A stretch of DNA of 64,000 bases from Clostridia bacterium. GTDB taxonomy: Bacteria; Bacillota; Clostridia; Christensenellales; CAG-138. The notes under the pieces are model-generated. The model made no database searches, was not told the origin of the DNA, and saw nothing but the letters and a program-made list of their open reading frames with translations. The stretch covers positions 2,853 to 66,852 of the forward strand of contig JAFRRO010000066.1 in assembly GCA_017428025.1 (NCBI GenBank), written 5' to 3'. The position numbers and the translations under genes are program-made. Below are positions 45,080 through 55,287 of this stretch, one piece after another (within the stretch, counting starts at the first letter, position 1; each line of letters begins with the position of its first letter).

Positions 45080-46012
45080 ATGAACGATCCGAAATCCATA
45101 CTGTTTGAATTGAAGAAAGCCGTCGTCGGCAAGGACAATGTGCTGATCATGGCGCTGCTTGCGATCCTTGCGCGCGGACATATTCTGCTGGAGGACATTC
45201 CGGGCGTCGGCAAGACCACGATGGCGCTTGCGTTCTCGAAGGCGCTCGGGCTCGAATACCATCGCGTGCAGTTCACGCCGGATGTGCTGCCGAGCGACAT
45301 CGTCGGCTTTTCCCTCTACGATAAAGCGAGCGGTCAGATGATCTACAAGCCGGGCGCGATCCTCTGCAACCTCTTTCTGGCGGACGAGCTGAACCGCGCG
45401 ACGAGCCGCACGCAGTCCGCGCTTCTGGAGGCGATGGAGGAGGGCAACGTCACCGTCGACGGCGTCACGCATCCGGTGCCCGATCCGTTCGTCGTCATCG
45501 CAACGCAGAATCCGGTCGGCGCAAGCGGCACGCAGCTGCTGCCCGATTCGCAGCTCGACCGCTTCATGGTCAAGCTCTCGCTCGGCTATCCGCGCCATTC
45601 GGACGAGCTGGAGCTGTTAACCCGCAAGCAAAAGGGCAATCCGCTCGACGGCGTGCGCTGCATTGCGGACCGCGAAGGGCTTGCGGACATCCGCCGCGCC
45701 GTCGACAACACCTTTGTCGACAAAAAGATTCTCGACTATACGATCCGTCTTTCCAACGCCACGCGCACGCATGAATCCGTTCTGCAGGGCGCGAGTCCGC
45801 GCGCGTCGCTCGCCGTCGTTTCGATGGCGAAGGCGGCGGCATGGGTGCAGGGACGCGATTACGTGATTCCGAACGACGTCAAGCTGATCTATCCCGCGAC
45901 GGTTACGCACCGCCTGATCCTGACCGCGGAAGCGAAGGCGTCCGGCATCACGGCGCAGTCGATCGTCACCGAGCTGCTGGAACGGATCGCGGCGCCGTCC
46001 GCACGGTCATGA
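45080..46012 (+). CDS. MoxR-family AAA+ ATPase
   Basis: Walker A region LLEDIPGVGKTT, Walker B LFLADELNRA, and an AAA_3/MoxR-type lid. Confidence 0.9.
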   Translation: MNDPKSILFELKKAVVGKDNVLIMALLAILARGHILLEDIPGVGKTTMALAFSKALGLEYHRVQFTPDVLPSDIVGFSLYDKASGQMIYKPGAILCNLFLADELNRATSRTQSALLEAMEEGNVTVDGVTHPVPDPFVVIATQNPVGASGTQLLPDSQLDRFMVKLSLGYPRHSDELELLTRKQKGNPLDGVRCIADREGLADIRRAVDNTFVDKKILDYTIRLSNATRTHESVLQGASPRASLAVVSMAKAAAWVQGRDYVIPNDVKLIYPATVTHRLILTAEAKASGITAQSIVTELLERIAAPSARS

Positions 46013-46962
46013 CCGGCAGGCGGATTCTCTATATCGTGCTGCTTCTCGGCAGCGCGCTGATGCACTTTGCGTACGGGCAGTATGTCACCCATTGCATACT
46101 GCTCTTTATGCTGTTTCTGCCCGTGTTTTCGCTTTTGATCAGCCTTCCGGCGATCCTCCTTTCCAAAGCGGAGATCAAGGGCGGCGAGGACGTCTACCGC
46201 ACGCGCTCGGCAAAGATCCGTCTTTCCGTGAACTGCGGCTTTTTCGTTCCGCCGGAGTTTTACCGCATCACGGTCGAACAGCAGAACCTGTATCTCGACG
46301 AACAGCCGAACAAACAAAAACTGCGCTTCTACGGCAAAAAGGAAGAGACGCTCGTATTCGAACCGGATACCTCGCGGCTCGGCACGGTGCGCTATCGCAT
46401 CCGTTCCGCGCGCGCATGCGATTATCTGGGCTTGTTCTCGATCCCGATCCGCAGAAGCGGGCTTGTCGCGCTGACCGTTCTGCCCGACATGGAGCGTCCG
46501 GTGCCCGAACCGGAACTGATCGAGCCGTCGGACCGCATTCTGAAACCGAAACCGCAGGGCTTTTCCGAGGAGCACGAGCTGCGTCCGTACCGCGAGGGCG
46601 ACGCAATCAATCTCATTCACTGGAAGCTCAGCGAAAAATACGACGAGCCGATCGTGCGCGAACCGCAGCTGCTGGTCCGCAAGAACATTGTGCTGACCGT
46701 CGATCTGCCGCAGGCGTATGCGGAGCTGCAGAGCGTTGCGGAGCAGCTGCACTATCTGTCCGACAAGCTGTGCGCGGCCAATGTCCCGTACATGCTGCAC
46801 TTCGGCATGCAGACGGTCTCGATCCGCTCGAACGGCGAGTTTGAACGCTTCATCAAGACCGTGCTGTCCGAACCGCGGCAGGTGCAGAAGGCGCTGCCCG
46901 TGCTCTCCGGCAACGATACGCTGGTCTGCCGCATTCTGCCGAACCGGGAGGTGCGGTCATGA
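46009..46962 (+). CDS. DUF58 domain protein (MoxR partner)
   Basis: N-terminal TM helices and the LRPYREGDAINLIHWKLSEKYDEPIVRE signature. ATGA overlap with moxR. Confidence 0.8.
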   Translation: MTGRRILYIVLLLGSALMHFAYGQYVTHCILLFMLFLPVFSLLISLPAILLSKAEIKGGEDVYRTRSAKIRLSVNCGFFVPPEFYRITVEQQNLYLDEQPNKQKLRFYGKKEETLVFEPDTSRLGTVRYRIRSARACDYLGLFSIPIRRSGLVALTVLPDMERPVPEPELIEPSDRILKPKPQGFSEEHELRPYREGDAINLIHWKLSEKYDEPIVREPQLLVRKNIVLTVDLPQAYAELQSVAEQLHYLSDKLCAANVPYMLHFGMQTVSIRSNGEFERFIKTVLSEPRQVQKALPVLSGNDTLVCRILPNREVRS

Positions 46963-49130
46963 AGAAGCGGAACGTGCTTTTGAAGATCCTTGCCGACGCT
47001 TGCATCGTCGCATGCGGTATGATTGCGGCGTCGTGCGCCATGCCGACCGCGTTTTCCGTTCTGTTTTCGCTGAAAACGATGCTGCTCGGCTGCTGCATCG
47101 GCGCGCTGCTGCTCTCCGCCTGGATGCATCTGCCGCGCGGCGGAATCGCGCCCGGTCTCGCATATCTGTTCGGCGCGGTTGCCTTCGGCGTGGTTCGCAG
47201 AAAGGTGATCTGGTTCGGCGCGCGTTGGATCCTGTACACCCTGACGCAGCCGCTGTCGTCCGATTTCAAGTTCATTCCGTCGTTTTCGGCGCCCGCGCTG
47301 CCCGACGGCGCGGATGCGGCGTTCATCCCGACGGCGGTGTCTTCGGCGCTTCTGCTGCTGATTGCGGCGGTCGGCATGCTGATGGCGTTTTCGCTGATCC
47401 GCGGCAAGATTCCGCTGCTCACGGTGCTGATTCCGCTGCCGCTGTTTCTTCTGAGTCTCATCTATACGGATCAGCCGCCCGCGATCTGGACGATCGTTCT
47501 GCTGCTGCTCTACACCGGCGGCGCGCTGCTCGGCTACGGGCTGCGCAAGGGCGATTCGGACCGGCTCGGGTTCTTTCTGACGGCGATCGTGCCGCTGATG
47601 CTGATTCTGATGCTGCTGATCCGCGTCGTTTCCCCGCAGGGCAGCTTTACACCGATCCCCTTTGAACAGCGCAAAACCATGCTCGGCGAGCGCATTGAAG
47701 CCGCCGGCGACGTGCTGCTTTCCGCGATCCGGCGCAACCCGAAAAAGTACGACCTGAACCGCGAGGAGGAGCGTAAGGAAAGCGAGAAAAAGGCGTTTTC
47801 CGCGCAGGCGTCGCAGAGCGGCGTCTACCTGCTGCGCTCGCATTCCTACGGACAGTACCGCAACGGCGTATGGCTCGAAGCGGAGGAATACACCGGGGAC
47901 TGGCGTTCGATGGAGGCGCTCGGCAGACATGCGAGCGGTGCGCGCGCGACGCTGACGATCAAGGACGCCGTCACAAACGAGCGCTACGTGCCGTACGCGT
48001 TTCAGTCGGATTCCGCGCTGAAGGTGGACGAATCGAGCGTGCGCGCGTCCGGAAAGACCGGCTACGGCTGGACCTTCGCGACGTCGATCGATCTGTCGCC
48101 CTCCGCGGTTTCGTCGGAGGAGAAGGCCTATCTGTCCTATGCAATGCGCGCGTACACGATGCCGGACGGCGAACCGAAACGGCGCCTTCTTGAGATTGCA
48201 AACGCCGCGGGACTGTCCGCGCAGGGCGACGCCGTCGAAACCGCATTCGCCGTCGCGGCGTATGTGAAGCAGTCGGGTTCCTATACGCTGACGCCGGGCG
48301 AAACGCCTGCGGACCGCGATTTTGTCGAATACTTCCTGACCGAAGGGCATCGCGGCTACTGCGTGCATTTTGCGAGCGCGACGACCGCGCTGCTGCAGGC
48401 GATGGGCGTGCCCGCGCGCTATACGATCGGCTACCGCGCCGTTGCGACGATGCCGGACAGCTGGTTCGACGTGACCGAACAGACCGCGCACGCGTGGGTG
48501 GAGGTCTACCTTGCGGGCGTCGGCTGGATTCCGATCGAAAGCACCGCCGGATTCAGCTATGACGTTCTGAACACCGGATCCGCACAGTCGCACGTCACAC
48601 CGAGACCGACCGCAGTTCCGCAGACGACCGCAACGCCCGAACCGCGTCAGACGCCGGATCGGACCGCTTCTGCGGCAACGCCGACCGCCACGAACGCCGC
48701 CGCGCCGAGCGCGGGTACCGGCGCGGGCGAAACGGCGAAACCGGTCATCATCGGCGACGCAAACGTCGTCACGGTGCACGAATCGCACGTCAGTCCGTGG
48801 TGGCTGCTGCTGTTGTCGGTTCCGCTGCTTCCGGTGCTCTGGATCGGGATCGGCGCGCTGATCCGCAGACGCCGGACGATGCGCTTCCGTCAGAAGGACG
48901 CAAAGAAAGCGGTTCTGTCCATGCTGCGGTATCTCGAACGTCTCGAGCGCTTCGGCGTCAGACGCGATCCGAACGCGCAGGAGTGGGCGGAGGAGGCGAC
49001 GTTCTCGAACCACGACATGACGGAAACGAAGCGGCTGCTGCTTTCGAAGGTCCGCAAAACGCAGGACACGCTCTACCGTGAATCGCCGGTCAGACGCTTC
49101 TTCGTCAAGTGGATTCTGGTCGCGATTTAG
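46959..49130 (+). CDS. Transglutaminase-like membrane protein
   Basis: Polytopic N-terminus, transglutaminase core GYCVHFASATTALLQAMGVPARY...HAWVEVY...GWIPIEST, a T/P-rich linker and a C-terminal TM. Confidence 0.85.
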   Translation: MKKRNVLLKILADACIVACGMIAASCAMPTAFSVLFSLKTMLLGCCIGALLLSAWMHLPRGGIAPGLAYLFGAVAFGVVRRKVIWFGARWILYTLTQPLSSDFKFIPSFSAPALPDGADAAFIPTAVSSALLLLIAAVGMLMAFSLIRGKIPLLTVLIPLPLFLLSLIYTDQPPAIWTIVLLLLYTGGALLGYGLRKGDSDRLGFFLTAIVPLMLILMLLIRVVSPQGSFTPIPFEQRKTMLGERIEAAGDVLLSAIRRNPKKYDLNREEERKESEKKAFSAQASQSGVYLLRSHSYGQYRNGVWLEAEEYTGDWRSMEALGRHASGARATLTIKDAVTNERYVPYAFQSDSALKVDESSVRASGKTGYGWTFATSIDLSPSAVSSEEKAYLSYAMRAYTMPDGEPKRRLLEIANAAGLSAQGDAVETAFAVAAYVKQSGSYTLTPGETPADRDFVEYFLTEGHRGYCVHFASATTALLQAMGVPARYTIGYRAVATMPDSWFDVTEQTAHAWVEVYLAGVGWIPIESTAGFSYDVLNTGSAQSHVTPRPTAVPQTTATPEPRQTPDRTASAATPTATNAAAPSAGTGAGETAKPVIIGDANVVTVHESHVSPWWLLLLSVPLLPVLWIGIGALIRRRRTMRFRQKDAKKAVLSMLRYLERLERFGVRRDPNAQEWAEEATFSNHDMTETKRLLLSKVRKTQDTLYRESPVRRFFVKWILVAI

Positions 49131-49136
49131 CGCGAT

Positions 49137-49190
49137 TTTACGAGTTTCTTACAACTCGGACATATCTGATTCAAAGAAACGTGATACGAT
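49137..49190 (+). promoter_or_regulatory. Response-regulator-box-like TTTACGAGTTTCTTACA plus extended -10
   Basis: TTACG-N6-TTACA (49137-49153), 31 nt, then TGaTACGAT (49182-49190). The geometry matches the boxes at 23807 and 26082. Confidence 0.45.
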
Positions 49191-49223
49191 AATTGTATCA
49201 AGAAAACTCCCACGGAGAGACCA

Positions 49224-50624
49224 ATGGAAAAACAGAAAAAGAAACAGTACAGGGGCCTGCGCGTCGTCGCGTCGATCCTTGCAAACCTTACGGGCATTCT
49301 GACGGCGAATTACATCGTGTTCTACATCCTCGATCATTTCAACCCGGGGCTGCACTTTGTGATTCATTCGACCTTCTTTCTGACGGAACACCTGCATCTG
49401 ATCATTGCGGGACTGACGCTGATCACGGGGATTCTGTACCTGATCCTGTTCCGACGCGGCGCGTTCAGACGGTATCGCTTCCAAAAGAAACGCCTGATCG
49501 GAATTCTGGTCGCCGACGTGCTGCTGGCGGGCGCGTTTGCCATGACGGTCAACACCTATACGTTCGACTGGCTGCACATCCGCGAGATCAAACAGGATCA
49601 GATCGTTGCGCTGGCGACGCTGCCGCCGAAGGAGGCGCAGACGCCGGACACGAACGAAGATACCGTCGTCATGCCGGAAACGCCGCAGCCGACGGCACAC
49701 GCCCAAACGCAGGCGGCGGACGATACGGCGCCCGCGCCGACCGATACGCCGGAACCGACGCAGGAACCCACGCCGACGCCGATCCCGGGACTGTTGGGCG
49801 ATCGGTTCAAGGAGAAGTTCTCCGACGGCGCGCCGGTCGTTGAGGAGCCGAACACGAGCGAAACGCTGCCGGACGGCACGGTGAAAACGCTGATCTACGT
49901 CTATCGCGGGACCAAGTCCGCGGTCGAGCTCTATCATTATCAAAAGGGCAAGCTCGAATACCAGATCGCCGACGTCTATGTGCGTGAGATTGAAAAGCTC
50001 ACGACCGAGAGCGTCACCAATCAGGGCTATGCCAAGATGCTCTACGAGTTCGCGCGCGAGCTCAACGCACGCATCGCGATCAATTCGGACTACTTCACGA
50101 CCAACGCGATCAACGAAGGTCTGATCATTCGCAACGGAAAGCTGCTGCAATCCAAGGTATGCAAGAATTCGGACCTCTGCGTGGTCTATCAGGACGGCAT
50201 GGTGCGCTGCTTCGACTGCAAGAAGGAGAAGATCGACAACGACGCGATCATCGCCTCCTATCCGTATCATGCGTTCTATTTCGGACCGTCGCTGCTCGAC
50301 GAGAACGGCAACGCCAAGGAGAAGTTCAACTCCACCGTCGGCGCGCTGAATCCGCGTACCGCGTTCGGCTACTATGAGCCGGGACACTATGCGTTTATCA
50401 GCATCCTCGGCACGCGCTCCATGAAGGACATCAACGGGCACGGGCTCGGCAACGGGAAGTCGCCGGGCATGACGTTCACGGAGATGTCGGCGCTGTGCGC
50501 ATCTATGGGCATGAAAGCCGCGTACAACCTCGACGGCGGGCAATCCTCCGGCATGTACTGGAACGAAAAGCTGTTCGGGCACAACAACCGCATCACGGGC
50601 GACGTGCTCGCGATCATCGACTGA
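49224..50624 (+). CDS. Membrane-anchored phosphodiester glycosidase (NAGPA/DUF2233) family protein
   Basis: 3-4 N-terminal TM segments, a T/P/E-rich linker, and a C-terminal domain with IAINSDYF...PRTAFGY...AYNLDGGQSS. Confidence 0.75.
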   Translation: MEKQKKKQYRGLRVVASILANLTGILTANYIVFYILDHFNPGLHFVIHSTFFLTEHLHLIIAGLTLITGILYLILFRRGAFRRYRFQKKRLIGILVADVLLAGAFAMTVNTYTFDWLHIREIKQDQIVALATLPPKEAQTPDTNEDTVVMPETPQPTAHAQTQAADDTAPAPTDTPEPTQEPTPTPIPGLLGDRFKEKFSDGAPVVEEPNTSETLPDGTVKTLIYVYRGTKSAVELYHYQKGKLEYQIADVYVREIEKLTTESVTNQGYAKMLYEFARELNARIAINSDYFTTNAINEGLIIRNGKLLQSKVCKNSDLCVVYQDGMVRCFDCKKEKIDNDAIIASYPYHAFYFGPSLLDENGNAKEKFNSTVGALNPRTAFGYYEPGHYAFISILGTRSMKDINGHGLGNGKSPGMTFTEMSALCASMGMKAAYNLDGGQSSGMYWNEKLFGHNNRITGDVLAIID

Positions 50625-50636
50625 GGAGGGGAGAGC

Positions 50637-50849
50637 ATGAAAAAGCATCTGTTTGCAAAGACCGTCGCCGTTCTGGGCGTGATCGTATCCGCGCTGTATC
50701 TGCTGCTGCTGTTGACGTCGCGGTTCATGGAACTGCCGTTTGAGGTATCGCAGAACGTTCTGTTCGCCGACTGGGCGTTTATCGCCGTGCCGATCCTCGG
50801 CTTCGCTTCGTCGATCGCCCTGCAGATCGCCTCGGTCAGAAATCGCTGA
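50637..50849 (+). CDS. Small hypothetical membrane protein (2 TM)
   Basis: 70-aa ORF starting 13 nt after the preceding stop, with RBS GGAGGGGAG. Confidence 0.5.
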   Translation: MKKHLFAKTVAVLGVIVSALYLLLLLTSRFMELPFEVSQNVLFADWAFIAVPILGFASSIALQIASVRNR

Positions 50850-50898
50850 ACAAGGCAGCATTGCTTTGTGTAACGGAAAATCATTCGGGAGACGCGCT

Positions 50899-52305
50899 AT
50901 GAAAAAAACAATCGCTGTCATTCTGCTTTGCTGCCTCACGGTATCGATGGCCTGCGTTCCCACGCCGGACCATGAGATTGTCGTCTATCAAGGCGATCAA
51001 GCGCTCGAGGATATGATCAACGCAACCGCAGAGGCGGTTGCGCCGGATTCGGAAGCTGCGCCGGACAAGACCTCTGCCTCGGAGGAGGTTATGCATACGC
51101 CTGCTTCGTATCAGGCGCCGGAAAGGATTCAGGAAAGCTATCCGCTTGGCATCGGCGATGCGCAGGTGATCTTTGACGCGCCGGTTTCCGTGCCGTTTTC
51201 CGATCGCTATCAGGTCTATGAGGTCAGCAAAGCAAAGCCGACGGTCACACAGGCCGTTCAAATCATCCGCGCGTTCTTTGGGAACGGCCCCGTTTATTCG
51301 GGGCAGTATTCCATGACGAAAGCGGAGTATGCCGAATTGCTGAAATACTGCGACGAAAGCCCGGAAATTCAGGAAGAAAACCGGAATATGCAGGCAAGCG
51401 GATTCGAGTACACCGTGCAGTATTTTATCAAGGATGAAATGGATACGGCGCCTTTATCGCGGGAGGATACGGCGTTGGACCTCGATCAATCCGCGTTTCC
51501 GATCCGGGCATACGGAAAACGAACAGGCGACAATACGTTTTATCAGATTCAGGGCGACGATCGCGACGACTATTGCGTGATTTCGATTACGCCGGAAAAC
51601 ATGTATCTGGCAAACGAAAGACTGGTTTACAGCGGGATCTATCCCGGTGCGCCTTCCGGCAGGAAGCTGAACAAACTGTCCGTCACACGCGAGGAAGCCG
51701 TTGCCGCCGCCGATGCATTTCTTTCGGAAGCCGGGATCGATTGGATGGCGGTATCCGATACGGAAAGCCTGCCCGCCGAGTACAGCCACCGGCTGATCGA
51801 CGTTCCGATCAGTCAGGGATGGAAGCTCGTTTATCACCATACATATAACGGCGTTACCGGCGTGAATCAACAGTACAGCGGAACCCTTGCGGAAGACCAA
51901 TACCGATCACCGTGGCCGCAGGAAACGATCTGGATGTATGTGGACGCAGAGGGCGTCAGATACTTCGAATGGTGCGGGATGTCCGAGGTGGAAGAGGTGA
52001 AAGAGAACGAACTGGTCATCATGCCGTTCGAGGAAATTCTGCAAATCATCAAAAACAGGCTGAAGATTGAAAATGCATATGCCGAGGTCGACAAAACAAG
52101 GGAAATACGCGTCACAAGCATTGAACTCGGCTACTGTGTGATTCCCAAAAAGAATGACGGCATGCGGGGCTATACCGTACCTGCATGGATCATCAGCTAT
52201 GAAGAAAACAGTCTGCTGGGAGACGCTCCGCATACTTCCTACCGCGATTTCGTGATCGATGCGGTAACGGGCGCCAATATTCAAACTGCCGCAGCAAGCC
52301 AATGA
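50899..52305 (+). CDS. ACVPTP-family lipoprotein, divergent paralogue G
   Basis: MKKTIAVILLCCLTVSMAC-VPTPDHEIVVYQGDQ, then MPFEEILQIIKNRL, VTSIELGY and C-terminal VIDAVTGANI. Confidence 0.7.
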   Translation: MKKTIAVILLCCLTVSMACVPTPDHEIVVYQGDQALEDMINATAEAVAPDSEAAPDKTSASEEVMHTPASYQAPERIQESYPLGIGDAQVIFDAPVSVPFSDRYQVYEVSKAKPTVTQAVQIIRAFFGNGPVYSGQYSMTKAEYAELLKYCDESPEIQEENRNMQASGFEYTVQYFIKDEMDTAPLSREDTALDLDQSAFPIRAYGKRTGDNTFYQIQGDDRDDYCVISITPENMYLANERLVYSGIYPGAPSGRKLNKLSVTREEAVAAADAFLSEAGIDWMAVSDTESLPAEYSHRLIDVPISQGWKLVYHHTYNGVTGVNQQYSGTLAEDQYRSPWPQETIWMYVDAEGVRYFEWCGMSEVEEVKENELVIMPFEEILQIIKNRLKIENAYAEVDKTREIRVTSIELGYCVIPKKNDGMRGYTVPAWIISYEENSLLGDAPHTSYRDFVIDAVTGANIQTAAASQ

Positions 52306-52338
52306 CTGTCCGGCGCTGCAATTTCATAACGGAATACA

Positions 52339-52381
52339 GGAGCTCTCAGGTCCCCCTTTCGGGTTTCTGAGAGCTCCTTTC
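52339..52381. terminator. Bidirectional terminator between convergent paralogues G and H
   Basis: 11-bp stem GGAGCTCTCAG / CTGAGAGCTCC followed by TTT. Confidence 0.8.
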
Positions 52382-52396
52382 TTGATCGGCAAACCC

Positions 52397-53752
52397 TTAC
52401 AGCGCGTGCTGAAAGCTGCCGTCGAGCGCGTTGATCAGCAGGATCGAATCGTGCTTCAGCGCCGTTTTGTAACGGCTGTTTTGGTATACGACCACCCAGA
52501 CCGGCGCGAGCACGGCTTCATCCGGATTGTTCGGCAGACGCGAGATCGAGCAGGAGAGGATGATCTTTTTGACATGGATTTCGAAAGCCGCGCCGCCCTC
52601 GTCCGTCCATGCATAGCAGTGCTTCATCGTGTCGCGGATGTGCTTCTGCGCTTCATCAAACGGCATCAAAACCACGTTCTCGTTCGCTTCCTTGACATAT
52701 TCGTTCGGATCGTACCATTCGATCGATTCGATCCCGTTTTCGGTCACATACGCCATGATCCAGTCCATCGACCATTTCTGACTGAAATCCGCCTCCGTGA
52801 GCGAACGGTGCATCGCGCTTGCCGAGTCCTCGTTGAAGTACCCGCCGCCCTGCGGATAGGGCACGTAGCCGCCGCCGCTGCGCGCAAGGTGCAGCAGATA
52901 CCCTTCGGAGAGCTCCTTATAATACGGCGCCTCGACGGTCGCGCGCACCATGCGTGCTTTTTCGGTGTAACCGACGCCGAACTGATCGGCAAGCCCCGCT
53001 TTCGAAAGGAACCGGTCGGCGGTTTCGCACGCCGTTTTCTCTGAAATCGTCACCTGATCGAGCGTCCTGTGCCACGGCTCGCCCACAAATCCGCCCTGAT
53101 ACACGGTCGCTTCGTTCTGCACATCAACGTTTCGCGCCGTGCGGATGTGCAGCGCGTTCTTCGTATACCTGAGATATAAAAGCCTGCCGTCCGCGGCGCG
53201 CAGGACCGTCGGCTCGTTGTCGTACGTCAGACGGCTCGGTTCGAGCGGCACAAACGTATCTTCGGCGGGGCATTGCGCCATTTTCTCCTTCAATTCCGCG
53301 AGTTCTTCCGGCTCCTCGGTGAACGGTTCCCAGATGACTTCGCCGGTCTCGTCGTCCCAGTCGACGAGATTGCCGCGCAGAAGAAGCCGGATATCCTCCT
53401 CGATCTCCGGCATGCCGTACCGGTTTTCGCGCAGTTCAAACGGTCCCGTGAAGCATGCGTTGAGGAGAGCGAACACATCCTCCGGCGTGAATTCGTGCCG
53501 CCGGACGGTCTGCACCGGATAGACGTTCCCTTCGGGCAGGATCACGTCCGCGTCGAATTTGATCTTGAGATTCTTCATGGAAACCGTCTCCTCCCAGTGC
53601 GCGGGCGCTTCGTAGCGGACGGTCTCCGCTTTCGGCGCGGCGATCGCCTGCACCATCGATCCGTCGGACTTGTTCACAATGACCTCCTCGCTCGGCGTCG
53701 GCACGCAAGCAAGCAGCAGGAGAATCAGCAGCAGGGAAATCAACCGTTTCAT
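52397..53752 (-). CDS. ACVPTP-family lipoprotein, divergent paralogue H
   Basis: MKRLISLLLILLLLAC-VPTPSEEVIVNKSDG, then LMPFDEAQKHIRDTM and C-terminal LINALDGSF. A strong RBS AAAGGAGGTG lies inside the end of the upstream gene. Confidence 0.7.
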   Translation of the reverse strand: MKRLISLLLILLLLACVPTPSEEVIVNKSDGSMVQAIAAPKAETVRYEAPAHWEETVSMKNLKIKFDADVILPEGNVYPVQTVRRHEFTPEDVFALLNACFTGPFELRENRYGMPEIEEDIRLLLRGNLVDWDDETGEVIWEPFTEEPEELAELKEKMAQCPAEDTFVPLEPSRLTYDNEPTVLRAADGRLLYLRYTKNALHIRTARNVDVQNEATVYQGGFVGEPWHRTLDQVTISEKTACETADRFLSKAGLADQFGVGYTEKARMVRATVEAPYYKELSEGYLLHLARSGGGYVPYPQGGGYFNEDSASAMHRSLTEADFSQKWSMDWIMAYVTENGIESIEWYDPNEYVKEANENVVLMPFDEAQKHIRDTMKHCYAWTDEGGAAFEIHVKKIILSCSISRLPNNPDEAVLAPVWVVVYQNSRYKTALKHDSILLINALDGSFQHAL

Positions 53753-53753
53753 T

Positions 53754-55259
53754 TCAATCCACCTCCTTTGAGACGATCAGCGTTTGCGGATCGATATAGA
53801 CTGCAAGCTCCCAGACCGGATCGCGCGACCATTCGAGCACGTCGTACGTGAGATTCGCATCGTAGGGCGTCGGCTCCCGATCCAGATCGTAGACCTTGCC
53901 GTGAACACGCAGCTTTTGATCGTGGCGCAGCGTCGGCACGATGCACAGCTCCTTTGCGTTCAGAATCGCATCGGCATACTGACGGCTTGCATAGATCATG
54001 CAATAGAGGGTTTTCACGGTAAAGTTCTTGGGATCGTCGACAGACGTCGGAATGCGGTGCAGACCGGGATAGCTGTGCATCGTAAAATCGCGTATGCCGT
54101 AGAACGCTCTTCCGGCGGCATTATTGCCGTCGATCAAAAAATAGAAGTCCAAAGGCCGCCTTCCGAACAGCCACGTCTGCTCCGGCGTCCATTCCTCCGG
54201 CAGTTCGATGCGCGCGAGCATCAGGATGTTGAGATCGGTCACCTGAAACTGATCGACATAGATGCGGATGCCGGAAAAATCGGCGGTCACGTTCTCGTAG
54301 TATCCGTACCTCGGGATGTTTTCGCCCTCCCTTGTATAGCATTCCTCGTCGAGATTCCGCTGAATATCCTCCCGGAAGATCGTGACGGTGCGCATCACCG
54401 GCTCGCGTTGAGGGATCGGCTGCGGCTCGATCCCCGCGCAGACGGCGGCAAGATCGACCGACAGCGCAAACGCGGAAAGATCGGTGCGCCGCGGTCCGAG
54501 CGCAAAGTGCGGACGCGTCAGCGTCGTTGCAACGTCCGTGCCGTCGGGATCGGTGCGCCAGTGATTGCCGACCGCGCGCCATTCGTGCGTGAGAAGAAAG
54601 GGGAGTACCGTGAGCTCGTTGTAAGCCGCAAGCGTATGCATATTGACGGTCTTTGATTCGAGCACGATCACATAGTCGTCGCAGCGCTCGTTCTGCGTAT
54701 CGAAGCCGAGCTGCACACTCTTTGCTTTCAGCACAAACGGCGCCTGTTCGCCGTCCAGCAGCACCGAAAACTGCAGAAACCAGCCGTTGATATTCTGGCT
54801 TTGCAGCATCGTCCACGATTCGGGATGCCGCACATGCAGCCTGAGCTGCGTATGCGTTTCGTCGGCGTCGAGCGCGTCGAGCGAAATGCGAAGACCGGCA
54901 AAATCGATCGTTTCCTTTCGATACTTTGTTTCGTAATCGCCTTCCGGATTCGCTTTGCTCCAGTCAAATTCGCGCACCGTCACCTCGAGCGGCAGCGGTT
55001 CCGCGAGCGCGCCGGACGCGGTTACATTGTTCAAGTGCAGCGCTTCGAGCGCGGTCGGCGCGGGCGTATCGATCGGTTCGGGCGTATCGGTCGGCGCTTC
55101 TGCGGCAGGCGGTACGGTCGCAGACGGCGTCTCGGGGAACAGGGTATCCTCGATCACCTGCGCCGCAGGCGGTTCGGTTTCAAACGGCGCAGGCGCGTCG
55201 ACGAACGTGCAGGCAAGCGCCGCAATCAGCAGCGGCAGTATCAGAAACGGTTTTTTCAT
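53754..55259 (-). CDS. Secreted or lipid-anchored protein with two internal repeats (uncharacterised)
   Basis: Signal peptide MKKPFLILPLLIAALAC, then a P/T/A/E-rich linker. Two homologous modules are seen (IDFAGLRISLDALDADETHTQLRLHVRHPESWT and ADFSGIRIYVDQFQVTDLNILMLARIELPEEWT). The stop lies 1 nt before the start of paralogue H. Confidence 0.65.
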   Translation of the reverse strand: MKKPFLILPLLIAALACTFVDAPAPFETEPPAAQVIEDTLFPETPSATVPPAAEAPTDTPEPIDTPAPTALEALHLNNVTASGALAEPLPLEVTVREFDWSKANPEGDYETKYRKETIDFAGLRISLDALDADETHTQLRLHVRHPESWTMLQSQNINGWFLQFSVLLDGEQAPFVLKAKSVQLGFDTQNERCDDYVIVLESKTVNMHTLAAYNELTVLPFLLTHEWRAVGNHWRTDPDGTDVATTLTRPHFALGPRRTDLSAFALSVDLAAVCAGIEPQPIPQREPVMRTVTIFREDIQRNLDEECYTREGENIPRYGYYENVTADFSGIRIYVDQFQVTDLNILMLARIELPEEWTPEQTWLFGRRPLDFYFLIDGNNAAGRAFYGIRDFTMHSYPGLHRIPTSVDDPKNFTVKTLYCMIYASRQYADAILNAKELCIVPTLRHDQKLRVHGKVYDLDREPTPYDANLTYDVLEWSRDPVWELAVYIDPQTLIVSKEVD

Positions 55260-55287
55260 AGGACCTCCGGGAATCTTTTCTGCCATC

